Assembly: GCA_963422265.1 (NCBI GenBank)
Contig: OY729416.1
Location: 736,001-800,000, forward strand
Length of the DNA: 64,000 nucleotides
Source of the DNA: Thermodesulfobacteriota bacterium
GTDB lineage: Bacteria > Desulfobacterota_D > UBA1144 > Nemesobacterales > UBA2774
Reading direction: 5' to 3'
A model generated the notes under the pieces. It saw only the letters and a list, made by a program, of their open reading frames with translations. It did not search any database and had not been told where the DNA came from. Below, piece by piece: positions 28,826 to 37,791 of this stretch (within the stretch, counting starts at the first letter, position 1; each line of letters opens with the position of its first letter). The position numbers and the translations under genes were made by a program.

Positions 28826-30106
28826 CTATTTGCCTGATAGCATCTCGTAAAGCTTGCTATTCCCGTTAACCCTAGTAAGCTGGCTCCACCTCTCATTAAG
28901 GTAATACTTGGTTTCTTCGTATCTACGCGTTCTATCTTCAAGGTAGAGTTCGGTCTCCGCGTCGTCCATTTTTGACACCTTGTTTACAAAAGATAAGGTG
29001 CAAGAGTAGTAAAGGGGAATGAGGGCTTCAAGCAGCTCCTTATTAGTTAATTCTTTGTCGAATATAGAGGCAAGGGCAAAATCAAAAAGTATTCTCACCC
29101 ATTCATCACCTTCGTAATGAAATTGTTCAGGATCCACTTCGCTTAGACTCTGAACCGACTGCATGCTAGAGGGCATCAGCACCTTTCGCCATACGCTGCT
29201 GTAACTTTCAAACCCAGCAATGAAGGATTTATGCAGAAGATCGGTATTGACCTTTACCTCCTCGCTTACGCCGCTCTGTCCAAGCCCAAATCCATAGATA
29301 ACGCTAGGACGAGACGCCTCAACGTCCTTCCAAAAGTATTCAAAATTTTTCATAAGCTTAAAGATTGTCCCTACAACCTGAGAAAACATAGGACCTAAGT
29401 CGCTAGCAGGATCCTTCGGGCGATGCGTTTTTGAAGAACCCATAAATGCCTGGCACACGTTAAAATTACGGCAAATGGCAACGGAAGTCATCCATATATC
29501 AATACCGAAATTATAGATGTCTTCGTCCCAAGTAGGCTCTAGCGTCAGACACTCGGCGAGCCTTCCGGAAATAGCGAAATCGCCAGCAATCGGCTGACGT
29601 ATGCGGAGACCAAACAACGTCCTCAGCATAGGATAGGCAATGTTATTGGTTATAGTGCCGTCGTATTTGTGCCTCATATATATGGGTACAACAAAGTCGT
29701 ATCCATCTTTTAATGGCTCCATAAAATACCTTATCCATCTTGGGGTAAGGCTTCTTAGATCGGCGTCAAGCAGAATAATAGCCTTTGCCCCAAGCCCCGA
29801 AGCAATCTCAAGCAAATTACGAACGTTCCTACCCTTGCCCCGGACCCCCTTTTCTGTAGATGCGTAAATTTTCGGGATTTTAGTCGGGGTGTTAAAGAAA
29901 GCATCCTTCGTCCCATCCTCAGAGCAGTTATCAACGTTGACGATAACTGAAGAATTATGGGGAAAATAGATGCTAAGCCCTTTGCTAGCCTGCTCTACCG
30001 GTGAAAAGATGGAATCCGCCTCGTTATAAGATGGAATTCCTACCACAATCTCCGCTGAATTAATATTCTTAGGATTCTGTATCTCAGCTATCAACGATGT
30101 TCTCAT
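28826..30106 (-). CDS. GT2 glycosyltransferase, glucosylglycerate/mannosylglycerate synthase-like
   Basis: VGIPSYN, GKG, DADL, RHKYDGTITN, RQPIAGDF, FGIDIWMT, LGPMFSQV. Confidence 0.75.
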   Translation of the reverse strand: MRTSLIAEIQNPKNINSAEIVVGIPSYNEADSIFSPVEQASKGLSIYFPHNSSVIVNVDNCSEDGTKDAFFNTPTKIPKIYASTEKGVRGKGRNVRNLLEIASGLGAKAIILLDADLRSLTPRWIRYFMEPLKDGYDFVVPIYMRHKYDGTITNNIAYPMLRTLFGLRIRQPIAGDFAISGRLAECLTLEPTWDEDIYNFGIDIWMTSVAICRNFNVCQAFMGSSKTHRPKDPASDLGPMFSQVVGTIFKLMKNFEYFWKDVEASRPSVIYGFGLGQSGVSEEVKVNTDLLHKSFIAGFESYSSVWRKVLMPSSMQSVQSLSEVDPEQFHYEGDEWVRILFDFALASIFDKELTNKELLEALIPLYYSCTLSFVNKVSKMDDAETELYLEDRTRRYEETKYYLNERWSQLTRVNGNSKLYEMLSGK

Positions 30107-30150
30107 CCTATTTCACATCCTCTATCTTATAACTAGACGTCTTTATTTGT

Positions 30151-30191
30151 AAAAGGGAAAGCTCCGCCGCTTTTTAGCGCGGCGGGGCAAA
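30151..30191 (-). terminator. Rho-independent terminator after the TonB receptor
   Basis: Minus strand GCCCCGCCGC-loop-GCGGCGGAGC followed by TTTCCCTTTT. Confidence 0.7.
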
Positions 30192-30265
30192 GACTTATCA
30201 ACCACAATAATTACATTCTCAACACGTAGCGCCGCTTTTAATCTACGTTAACATCCACGTATAAC

Positions 30266-32611
30266 TTAGAGGGCGAATCCATAGGTTAGCTGCACTCCAT
30301 ATATCCTACCCTTCGCCAACGGTGAGAAGGTTCCTCCCAGTGGTGCTACATCTAACTTAGACGGCAGCACAGTATCACCCCCGTGCTTGACCTCATTGAG
30401 CAGGTTCTTGCCATACACTCCAATAGACCACTGGCTGCTATACGAGTAGAAGTCAACGCCGGCGTCAAGCATCTTTTGCTTGTCTATAAAGCCGAGGTTG
30501 CTGTCAGTAAAGAAAGATTTATCCCGATAAGCGTAATTGACGCGTGGGGCAACGCTTCCCCAGTTGCCCACTGCCGCTTCATATATTAACCCTACGCTAT
30601 AGGTCCACTCGGCGGCGCGGGGGGGATCGAGGTCTTTATCCTTATCGTTCACCTCACCATCATCATTTAGGTCATGCTTGACCTTGGTGTATTCCGGATT
30701 TAGGTAACCCACCGAAGCAAGTAGAAACAGGTTGTCAACCAAGGCTAAGACGCCGTCTAACTCAAAGCCGAATATCTCAACGTCAGCGGTGTTGCGAATT
30801 TCTTGCGCTACCCCAACTTTACTATTTGGCAGGTTTAACTCGCGCTGCATATCATCAACCAAATTATAGAAAAACGCCCCGTTAAAACGACCACGGTTCC
30901 CAGCGTCCACCTTGAAACCTGTCTCAAAACTATCTATACGCTCTGCACCAAATGGACCAGGAGTTGTAGCTTCTCCGGTTAAAGGATTGATGATTCCGGT
31001 ATCCCGCAGGTTATAGCCACCAGATCGGAAGCCCCTGGTCCAATGACTATAAACAAGGGTATCGTCCCTGAGTTGATAGGAGAGACCAAGTTTTGGTGAC
31101 AAATTGTTCCAGCTTTTACTGTCTTGGAATTTCATCGTGCAACCACCCTCCTTTACGATGTTACAGGGTGATCTTAGTGGCAAATCAGGGCGACTCCAAT
31201 TATCAACTAAGGAAGCTATTTTTGCTTTCTTTTTTTCATTGGTATATCGCGCCCCAGCCGTCAGCGTCAGCCGACTGGTCAAATCGTAATCCAGTGCCAT
31301 AAACAATCCCAGAGTCCTCACTTCGTAGTTGCCACCTCCATCCTGGGTCATAACACCGCCAAGCAGCGAACGCCGCTCGTGGTAATCTAGCTCATTATTA
31401 AAGTAGTAAACGCCGGTGGTCAGGCGCAGGTTGTCATAAAACGACCCCGTGTAACGTAGCTCGTTGCTGTATTGCCTAGCGTCATACCATGCGTCGGCGT
31501 GGAAAAGGTTCGCTGGCGAAGCATCTGCGTCAACTCGCGTCTTTCCCTCATAATCACGCCAGCCAAAAATATTGGTAATAGTGCCGTCACCAACGCTTAC
31601 GTCCCAATCCATACGGGTGTTAAAAAAGTGGGTATCAGCTTTTTGGAAGCCTTCTTCGTCAATGCTGAACTTATGGCTGTTACGCTTAAAGTCAGGCAAT
31701 TGATTATTTGGGTCGCCACGCCTATTGCCATGGCTCTGAGCCGCGGGACCATCTCCATCAACATTATGGTATTCATAGCGAAAAACGAATTCTAAATTAT
31801 CGCTAGGACTCAAAGTTACCACCGGACGTAGCATTATGCTATCTCGCTCACCAAACGCGTCGCCGGTGTTAAGGTTTTTGAACCAACCCTTATCCTGATT
31901 GGTATAAAACGACAGCTTAGCACCTATAGAGTCGCTCAACGGTCCACCCATGCTACCCATAAGATAAAAGTTTGGCTTTTCGCCACCGCTTTCAGCGGAG
32001 GTGCGGAGAGAGAATTCAAACTGATCACCGGGCTTCTTGGTATTTATCAATATGGCGCCGCCCGTAACGTTGCGGCCAAACAGTATGCCCTGGGGTCCCC
32101 GTAATACCTCGACGCTCTCCAAATCAAAAGTGTCAAGCACGGTGTCAAGGGTTGTTCCCATGTAAACGCCGTCAACGAATACCCCCACCGTTGGGTCAAT
32201 AGACGGTATGGAGCTATTGATGCCCAACCCACGAATTGAGAAATTGGCAATGCCTCGCATCGTGCCGGCATCATCCAACGCCACGTTAGGCATCCTTACT
32301 GATAGATCGGTTAAATCGCGTATCTTTAATGCGTCAATCTGCTCGGAATCAAAATACTCTACCGACAGCGGCACGTCCTGTATAGACTCTTCTCGCTTTC
32401 GCGCGGTAACGACTACTTCTTTCAGCATCACTGACTCCAGAACGCTTTTGTGAGAGCCCTGAGCGTTAACGGAGGTCGGCAGCGCTCCAACGCCTACCGT
32501 TAGGAAAGCCCCTAGCACAACAAAAAAGACGCATAGACGCCCCAAACCAAAACCGTCCGACAATCCTTGCCATTGAAACCTAAAATCTCTGCTACCTATA
32601 CTCATCACCAC
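30266..32611 (-). CDS. TonB-dependent outer-membrane receptor
   Basis: EVVVTARKREE TonB-box/plug start, VGVFVDGVY, VEVLRGPQG..FGRN..GGAI; AAGGAGG SD. Confidence 0.93.
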   Translation of the reverse strand: MVMSIGSRDFRFQWQGLSDGFGLGRLCVFFVVLGAFLTVGVGALPTSVNAQGSHKSVLESVMLKEVVVTARKREESIQDVPLSVEYFDSEQIDALKIRDLTDLSVRMPNVALDDAGTMRGIANFSIRGLGINSSIPSIDPTVGVFVDGVYMGTTLDTVLDTFDLESVEVLRGPQGILFGRNVTGGAILINTKKPGDQFEFSLRTSAESGGEKPNFYLMGSMGGPLSDSIGAKLSFYTNQDKGWFKNLNTGDAFGERDSIMLRPVVTLSPSDNLEFVFRYEYHNVDGDGPAAQSHGNRRGDPNNQLPDFKRNSHKFSIDEEGFQKADTHFFNTRMDWDVSVGDGTITNIFGWRDYEGKTRVDADASPANLFHADAWYDARQYSNELRYTGSFYDNLRLTTGVYYFNNELDYHERRSLLGGVMTQDGGGNYEVRTLGLFMALDYDLTSRLTLTAGARYTNEKKKAKIASLVDNWSRPDLPLRSPCNIVKEGGCTMKFQDSKSWNNLSPKLGLSYQLRDDTLVYSHWTRGFRSGGYNLRDTGIINPLTGEATTPGPFGAERIDSFETGFKVDAGNRGRFNGAFFYNLVDDMQRELNLPNSKVGVAQEIRNTADVEIFGFELDGVLALVDNLFLLASVGYLNPEYTKVKHDLNDDGEVNDKDKDLDPPRAAEWTYSVGLIYEAAVGNWGSVAPRVNYAYRDKSFFTDSNLGFIDKQKMLDAGVDFYSYSSQWSIGVYGKNLLNEVKHGGDTVLPSKLDVAPLGGTFSPLAKGRIYGVQLTYGFAL

Positions 32612-33088
32612 CTTAACCTCCTTTTACTAGAGCAAACACAGCACCTCAATCGCCGATCCTGTTGTTACTTTATAAAGCTCACATATAACACAAGCTCTCC
32701 CATCTGACCAACAGGAAAAAACTGCTATCAACAAACCGAACTAGTTAGCTACCCAGCCTCCATCAACCGATAGCATAGACCCCGTCATAAAAGCAACGTT
32801 TTCACTGTCGCAGAGGAACTTTACCGCATGAGCGATCTCCTCCGCTTTCCCAAAGCGTCCAAGGTGAGCGGTGGCTGGCTGTTGTTGCTTTAAGAATCCA
32901 TCTACCTCTGGGGCGTTCTTTAAGAACTCTTCTACCATAGGCGTCCAGATAGTTCCCGGGCATATGCAGTTAACCCTTATTCCTTTATCGGCATATTCAA
33001 GAGCCATGCTCCGCGTGAACTGAACTATCGCACCCTTAGTGGAATTATAAGCCGCGGCGCCGGGTATGGCTTTCAGCCCAAGTATTGA
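32528..33088. repeat. 561-bp direct repeat, copy B (native location)
   Basis: Matches 16377-16937. Confidence 0.97.
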
Positions 33089-33517
33089 AGCGTTGTTTAT
33101 GATCGTCCCGCCCCCTTGTTCAAGCATGTGTGGGATTACGTATTTAGCCATCATAAACGAACCTTTCACGTTGATATTGAAGGCGTAATCCCAATCGTCA
33201 ATAGACGTCTCATGAGTAATGCCAAGAGGCAAGACACCAGCGTTGTTAAACAGAATATCAACCCTACCATACTTGTCCTTGGTATGCTCAACCAGTCCTT
33301 TGCAATCTTCATCCTTTGATACGTCACTAACCACGTAATTTATCTCGCCTGCGACCTCTCCCGCCTCGTCAACAGCCTCCTTCAGAGCCTCTTCGGTTCT
33401 TCCACTGATAACCACTTTAGCGCCTTCCCCGGCAAAGAGATGAGCCGTTACTTTCCCTATCCCAAGACTACCACCCGTAATAATCGTTACCTTATCTTCT
33501 AAGCTCATAACAAACAT
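32741..33517 (-). CDS. short-chain dehydrogenase/reductase (SDR)
   Basis: TGGSLGIG, NNAG, S..YNSTK catalytic motif, IRVNCICPG, VDGG. Confidence 0.95.
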   Translation of the reverse strand: MFVMSLEDKVTIITGGSLGIGKVTAHLFAGEGAKVVISGRTEEALKEAVDEAGEVAGEINYVVSDVSKDEDCKGLVEHTKDKYGRVDILFNNAGVLPLGITHETSIDDWDYAFNINVKGSFMMAKYVIPHMLEQGGGTIINNASILGLKAIPGAAAYNSTKGAIVQFTRSMALEYADKGIRVNCICPGTIWTPMVEEFLKNAPEVDGFLKQQQPATAHLGRFGKAEEIAHAVKFLCDSENVAFMTGSMLSVDGGWVAN

Positions 33518-33641
33518 CCCTCCCGTATAATTTAGGCTAATTATAGTTAGCGTAATAGTAACGTCAATTTATGATAAGCCCGTAAATGCTCATTATAACA
33601 ATTTAGGGAAGTAATCTCAACAACATTTTTGGTAAATTCGC

Positions 33642-33670
33642 TTGTAGCTTCTGATGAGCTACTTTATAAT
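33642..33670 (+). promoter_or_regulatory. sigma70 promoter for a small membrane ORF
   Basis: TTGTAG-17 nt-TATAAT. Confidence 0.6.
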
Positions 33671-33700
33671 AAAGTCAAATAATGCTAGGCGGAGGGATTA

Positions 33701-33805
33701 ATGAGCACTTCCTCAGACGAACAGCAACAGAACATGGGGGCGTTCCTACTGGTTCTTGCCCTTATACTTTTCGCGGTTTTATCAGTATATTGTCTATTTA
33801 GCTAA
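33701..33805 (+). CDS. small single-pass membrane protein, 34 aa (not in the ORF track)
   Basis: GGAGGG SD before ATG; MSTSSDEQQQNMGAFLLVLALILFAVLSVYCLFS. Confidence 0.6.
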   Translation: MSTSSDEQQQNMGAFLLVLALILFAVLSVYCLFS

Positions 33806-34046
33806 CGCAGGGAAGCTTTTCTCGTTCCCAGTTTGTATATCTATGCGTAGCGCAGGTAGGTTCCCAAAACAATCGGGGATTAACACGGGGCAAGTCAGAA
33901 CACCCTTCTGCCTTTACCATAGGGCAAAGGAGAATGTAGTTTCATAAACATCTATAGGTGTGCCTATCCATCTTTTTCTTCAATCCGTTGTTATTTTATT
34001 GTTTTGGATAATACCTAAAATTATCAATACTATGTATAGAATAAGT

Positions 34047-34712
34047 CTAGACCAATATATTAGATCCTCTTTCTTTGGCTTTTCGTTCATCAATCTCTTT
34101 TGACTTTGGAACGTTCATGCCACGCCTGACTGGGGTCCTATCACCCACAACGTCTAGCCACCTTCTTAGGTTACTAAGATCATCAATTTCAACGCCAGCC
34201 CATTCGTGAAGAGTAATCCAGGGATAGGTTGATATATCCGCAACTGAATAAAAGTCGCCCCCTATATACTCACTATTGCTAAGTCGGTTATCAAGCACTT
34301 CATATAGCCTTCTCGTCTCTCTTTGATAACGACTAATGGCATATTCAATCTTTTCAGGAACGTATCTGTAGAAAACATTCGCCTGACCCTGCATCGGACC
34401 GATTCCCGCCATCTGAAATATAAGCCATTGGATAACTCGCGAACGGCTTTTTACGTCCGAGGGCAAGAGCTTGCCAGTTCTCTCGGCAAGATAGATTAAT
34501 ATCGCCCCCGATTCAAAGACGGAAAAACCACCATTATCATGATCTATAATGGTTGGGATTCTGCCATTCGGGTTTAATTGCAGATACCAATCCTCCTTTT
34601 GCTCCATTTTGGAGAGGCTCACGTGCTTTACGCTATAAGGAAGGCCAATTTCTTCAAGCATAATAGAAACCTTCCTTCCATTTGGAGTTCTAGAAGTATA
34701 AAGATCAATCAT
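34047..34712 (-). CDS. glutathione S-transferase family (YfcG/YghU-like)
   Basis: TPNGRK, NPNGRIP, FESGAIL, GPMQGQA. Confidence 0.92.
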   Translation of the reverse strand: MIDLYTSRTPNGRKVSIMLEEIGLPYSVKHVSLSKMEQKEDWYLQLNPNGRIPTIIDHDNGGFSVFESGAILIYLAERTGKLLPSDVKSRSRVIQWLIFQMAGIGPMQGQANVFYRYVPEKIEYAISRYQRETRRLYEVLDNRLSNSEYIGGDFYSVADISTYPWITLHEWAGVEIDDLSNLRRWLDVVGDRTPVRRGMNVPKSKEIDERKAKERGSNILV

Positions 34713-34721
34713 AGCTCAAAA

Positions 34722-35978
34722 TTACCTACACCAAGTGGGAAACGCCTTGCCCCCGCCTCTACCCAACCGCACTTGGTTTTCACCGTTCAGATACATCATA
34801 TATATATCTTTAACCGCGGTTCTAGTTGAAGTAAAAGCGAGGTAATAACCATCAGGAGACCAGGAAGGATTCTCATTTCTTCCCGAACCGAAAGTAAGCC
34901 TTTGCTCTCCGGAACCATCAGGGTTTATAATATAAACGTTAGTCCCGCGTTCCAGTTTGACAAAGGCTATCTTATTAACTTTTTTATTTGGAGACCAGGA
35001 AGGATCTGTGCTATAACCACCCGACGTTATTTTTTTCAACCCTTTTCCATTTGAGCGCATTACGTATATCTGAGGTCTCCCACTCCTATCCGATACAAAT
35101 GCTATCATACTACCATCGGGAGACCACGTCGGAGAGACGTCTATAGAATTGCTTCTTGTTAGGTTAACCGCTCCCTTCCCACTCTGTCCTGAGACGTATA
35201 TATCGCCATTTGCACTAAAAGCCAACAGTCTTGCGCTGGGAGACCACTCTGCGCTTTGTTCTAGCCTAAGCGCACGCGTCAACCTCTTCTCAGACAATCT
35301 AGGGTGCAACGTGGCGACGTATAGGTCTTGATCCCAAATTTTATCGGAGTTAAATACTATTTTATCCCCAGCAGGAGAGCAATGTGGAGACATTACAAGT
35401 GAGTTGTGTTTGGTTAGCCTAAGGACATTACTCCCGTCATAATCCATTATGAATAGATCTCTATTGCCCTTTCTACCTAATACAAAAGCTATCTTAGAAG
35501 TAAAGAACCCTTTCTTGCCAGTAACCCCTTCCATAACGAGGCCCGCAAACCTATGCGCAGCCTCTCTTACCCTGCCGGGTGAGGAATCGTAAGAGCGTCC
35601 AAGAACAGGCCTCCCCTCCCTAACATTGTAAAGTCTTACCGCAAATTCTACTTTGCCTGCACCTGCCCTATACTGCCCGGCTATTAAATAGTCAACGCCA
35701 GTATCTAAAAACTCCTGATAGTTTATATTGTTGACGTCCCTTATCGTTTCTCTACTTTCAACAACGTCAAACAACGCAGCATTATCCAGATCATTCTTCA
35801 GCACTTCTATAAATTCCCTACCCATAGGACTCGCTTTGCCCACGCTACTAAGTTCATGTATAAGGATCGGCAACTTCCGCACTATAGGACCCGTTACGTC
35901 AGGGAGCTTTATCTGCGAGAACGCCGATTCTGAAACGGCGAACAACATGGAAAATGCAAGAAGTATCTTATAAAGCAT
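34722..35978 (-). CDS. tolB: TolB-like beta-propeller protein
   Basis: Signal peptide, N-terminal TolB domain, repeated PD40 SP.WSPDG motifs. Confidence 0.8.
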   Translation of the reverse strand: MLYKILLAFSMLFAVSESAFSQIKLPDVTGPIVRKLPILIHELSSVGKASPMGREFIEVLKNDLDNAALFDVVESRETIRDVNNINYQEFLDTGVDYLIAGQYRAGAGKVEFAVRLYNVREGRPVLGRSYDSSPGRVREAAHRFAGLVMEGVTGKKGFFTSKIAFVLGRKGNRDLFIMDYDGSNVLRLTKHNSLVMSPHCSPAGDKIVFNSDKIWDQDLYVATLHPRLSEKRLTRALRLEQSAEWSPSARLLAFSANGDIYVSGQSGKGAVNLTRSNSIDVSPTWSPDGSMIAFVSDRSGRPQIYVMRSNGKGLKKITSGGYSTDPSWSPNKKVNKIAFVKLERGTNVYIINPDGSGEQRLTFGSGRNENPSWSPDGYYLAFTSTRTAVKDIYMMYLNGENQVRLGRGGGKAFPTWCR

Positions 35979-36107
35979 ATAAAACCTCCGTAATAGCTTT
36001 ATGCGTCAACTTGCCTCTTAACACCTAGAATAAATCCTATATTAATAAAAGATAAAAAGCCAGTTTAATTCAATAAAAGAAGCTATTAAAAAAAGAGACC
36101 CGCATCT

Positions 36108-36707
36108 TTACTCTTCAAGCTCTACGTTCCAATAAGATATATCTACGAAATTGAGAAAAGGCTCCCATTCCTTATATTTAACCGCTCTAATATAAACGTT
36201 TGAGAATGGATCCCAAAGTGGCTTCTTAGGTTTCTTGATCAAACTCATTCGAGACTGCTCGGGAGTTCTTCCACCCTTCTTTCTGTTGCAGCTAATACAA
36301 CAGCAGACGACGTTATCCCAAGTGCTTTTTCCACCCTGTGAGCGAGGGACAACGTGGTCAATAGTCAACTCGGATCGGGAAAACCTCCTAAGGCAATACT
36401 GACACGCGCCGCCGTCTCTTCTAAATATATTCATGCGGTTAAACTTCGCTTCTTTTCTTACAAAACCCTCGTATCTTACCAAAATTATTACCCTCGGAGT
36501 TTTAATTACAGCACTTACCGTTCTAATAGCTTCATCACGCTCTTTTATTGTTGAGATTTCAGACCATGACTCGAAATCAAAGGTTTCATAATCGCTTCCG
36601 ACAGCTTTAGCAGCCCCATTGTAAAGCATAAGAAACGCCCTTCTCACGCTTATGATAGTAACCGGAACAAAGTAGCGATTTAGAACAAGCACGGGGGAGG
36701 TTAACAT
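36108..36707 (-). CDS. HNH endonuclease (McrA-like)
   Basis: VLVLN start, RD..CQYC, TIDHVVPRSQGG, WDNVVCCC..CN..KG. Confidence 0.9.
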   Translation of the reverse strand: MLTSPVLVLNRYFVPVTIISVRRAFLMLYNGAAKAVGSDYETFDFESWSEISTIKERDEAIRTVSAVIKTPRVIILVRYEGFVRKEAKFNRMNIFRRDGGACQYCLRRFSRSELTIDHVVPRSQGGKSTWDNVVCCCISCNRKKGGRTPEQSRMSLIKKPKKPLWDPFSNVYIRAVKYKEWEPFLNFVDISYWNVELEE

Positions 36708-36854
36708 TTAGCCTAATAAATCTAACTATTTTATATGAGTGCTTCAAGTAACTGGCGTTAAAGTCGCATGAATTCGCACGTAGAAACCCGAAGTACAAGC
36801 AACACGTAGAGTAAAACACTTGACTTCTACGTAGTAGCATTCAAATTTGTATCA

Positions 36855-36995
36855 ATGAATACGCTATTTAGTGCTTTTTTAATACAGTTGGGTCTGTGCA
36901 CGATTCCCTTTATTATGATCTTATACCTCACAAAGAAAAATGAAGACCTAAAAGAAAAAATAGACGCTATAAAAGAAAACCATAATGTATCCTGA
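36855..36995 (+). CDS. small membrane protein with charged tail, CcmD-like architecture, 46 aa (not in the ORF track)
   Basis: MNTLFSAFLIQLGLCTIPFIMILYLTKKNEDLKEKIDAIKENHNVS; overlaps the lgt start by 11 nt. Confidence 0.45.
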   Translation: MNTLFSAFLIQLGLCTIPFIMILYLTKKNEDLKEKIDAIKENHNVS

Positions 36996-37770
36996 ATTAT
37001 TCAGAATAGGGGACTTAACCTTATCATCTTTTGGCGTAATGATGGCGCTATGTTTTCTAGCTGGATACCTGCTGGTGAACGCAGAAGCGCGAAGAAAGCA
37101 CCTTAACGAAAAGCTAATCAATAATATGTTTCTCGCCTCTATAATAGTCGGCATAGTGGGAGCGAAAATACTTTATCTTCTTGAGAACGTCGCTCTCTCG
37201 GAACTAGTTAATCACCCCCTGCACCATTTCTTTTCAAGGGGGGGATTCACGTTTTACGGTGGATTCTTCGGCGCCCTTGTTATAGTTTGGTCTATAGCCT
37301 ACAAACACAAGATCAACGCCTGGTCTATAGGGGACGTGGCGGCTCCAGCCCTTGCGCTCGCCTATTCAATAGGTAGGATCGGCTGCTTGCTCGTCGGTGA
37401 TGATTATGGAACCCGGTGTGACCTTCCTTGGGCTATGGCTTTCCCCAAAGGCACACCGCCAACGACAGAGACGGTGCATCCTACTCAAATATATGAAACG
37501 GTAACAATGTTCATAGTGTTTCTGTATTTATGGAGAGCAAGAAAAAAAAACAAACCCGACGGATGGCTTTTTTCGATATACCTCGTCTTAGCCGGTTGTG
37601 AAAGATTCCTTATTGAATTCATTAGAAATACAACGCCTAGCCCTATACTGAACCTATCCATAGCGCAGGTTATGGCAATAGTAATAATCATCGTGGGAGC
37701 CGTCAAGCTTTACTCAACCCATTATACGGCAGAGCCTGGCAAAAGCGCTTCAAGCCCAACGGTGCCATAG
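36985..37770 (+). CDS. lgt: prolipoprotein diacylglyceryl transferase
   Basis: MYPELF, GGFTFYGG, GRIGC, HPTQIYE, RFLIEFIR. Confidence 0.95.
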   Translation: MYPELFRIGDLTLSSFGVMMALCFLAGYLLVNAEARRKHLNEKLINNMFLASIIVGIVGAKILYLLENVALSELVNHPLHHFFSRGGFTFYGGFFGALVIVWSIAYKHKINAWSIGDVAAPALALAYSIGRIGCLLVGDDYGTRCDLPWAMAFPKGTPPTTETVHPTQIYETVTMFIVFLYLWRARKKNKPDGWLFSIYLVLAGCERFLIEFIRNTTPSPILNLSIAQVMAIVIIIVGAVKLYSTHYTAEPGKSASSPTVP

Positions 37771-37791
37771 ATAAAATGAGAAAACCAGCTT

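Noticed and set aside
16377..33088. Repeat pair as a diversity-generating retroelement TR/VR
   Set aside because: Differences are not adenine-specific, the coding ones are all synonymous, and no reverse transcriptase is in the window
16377..33088. Repeat pair as attL/attR or ends of a 16-kb mobile element
   Set aside because: The enclosed genes are core housekeeping (rarA, mqn, recO, argJ, pyrD, ychF) and there is no integrase or transposase
33756..33947. 63-aa ORF from the track
   Set aside because: TTG start without an SD; the 34-aa ORF at 33701 in another frame has promoter and SD support
36108..36984. HNH nuclease as an RNA-guided (IscB/HEARO-like) or CRISPR-associated effector
   Set aside because: No RuvC or PLMP motif, no repeat-spacer array, and no evident structured ncRNA in the short flanks; it looks like the common McrA-like family
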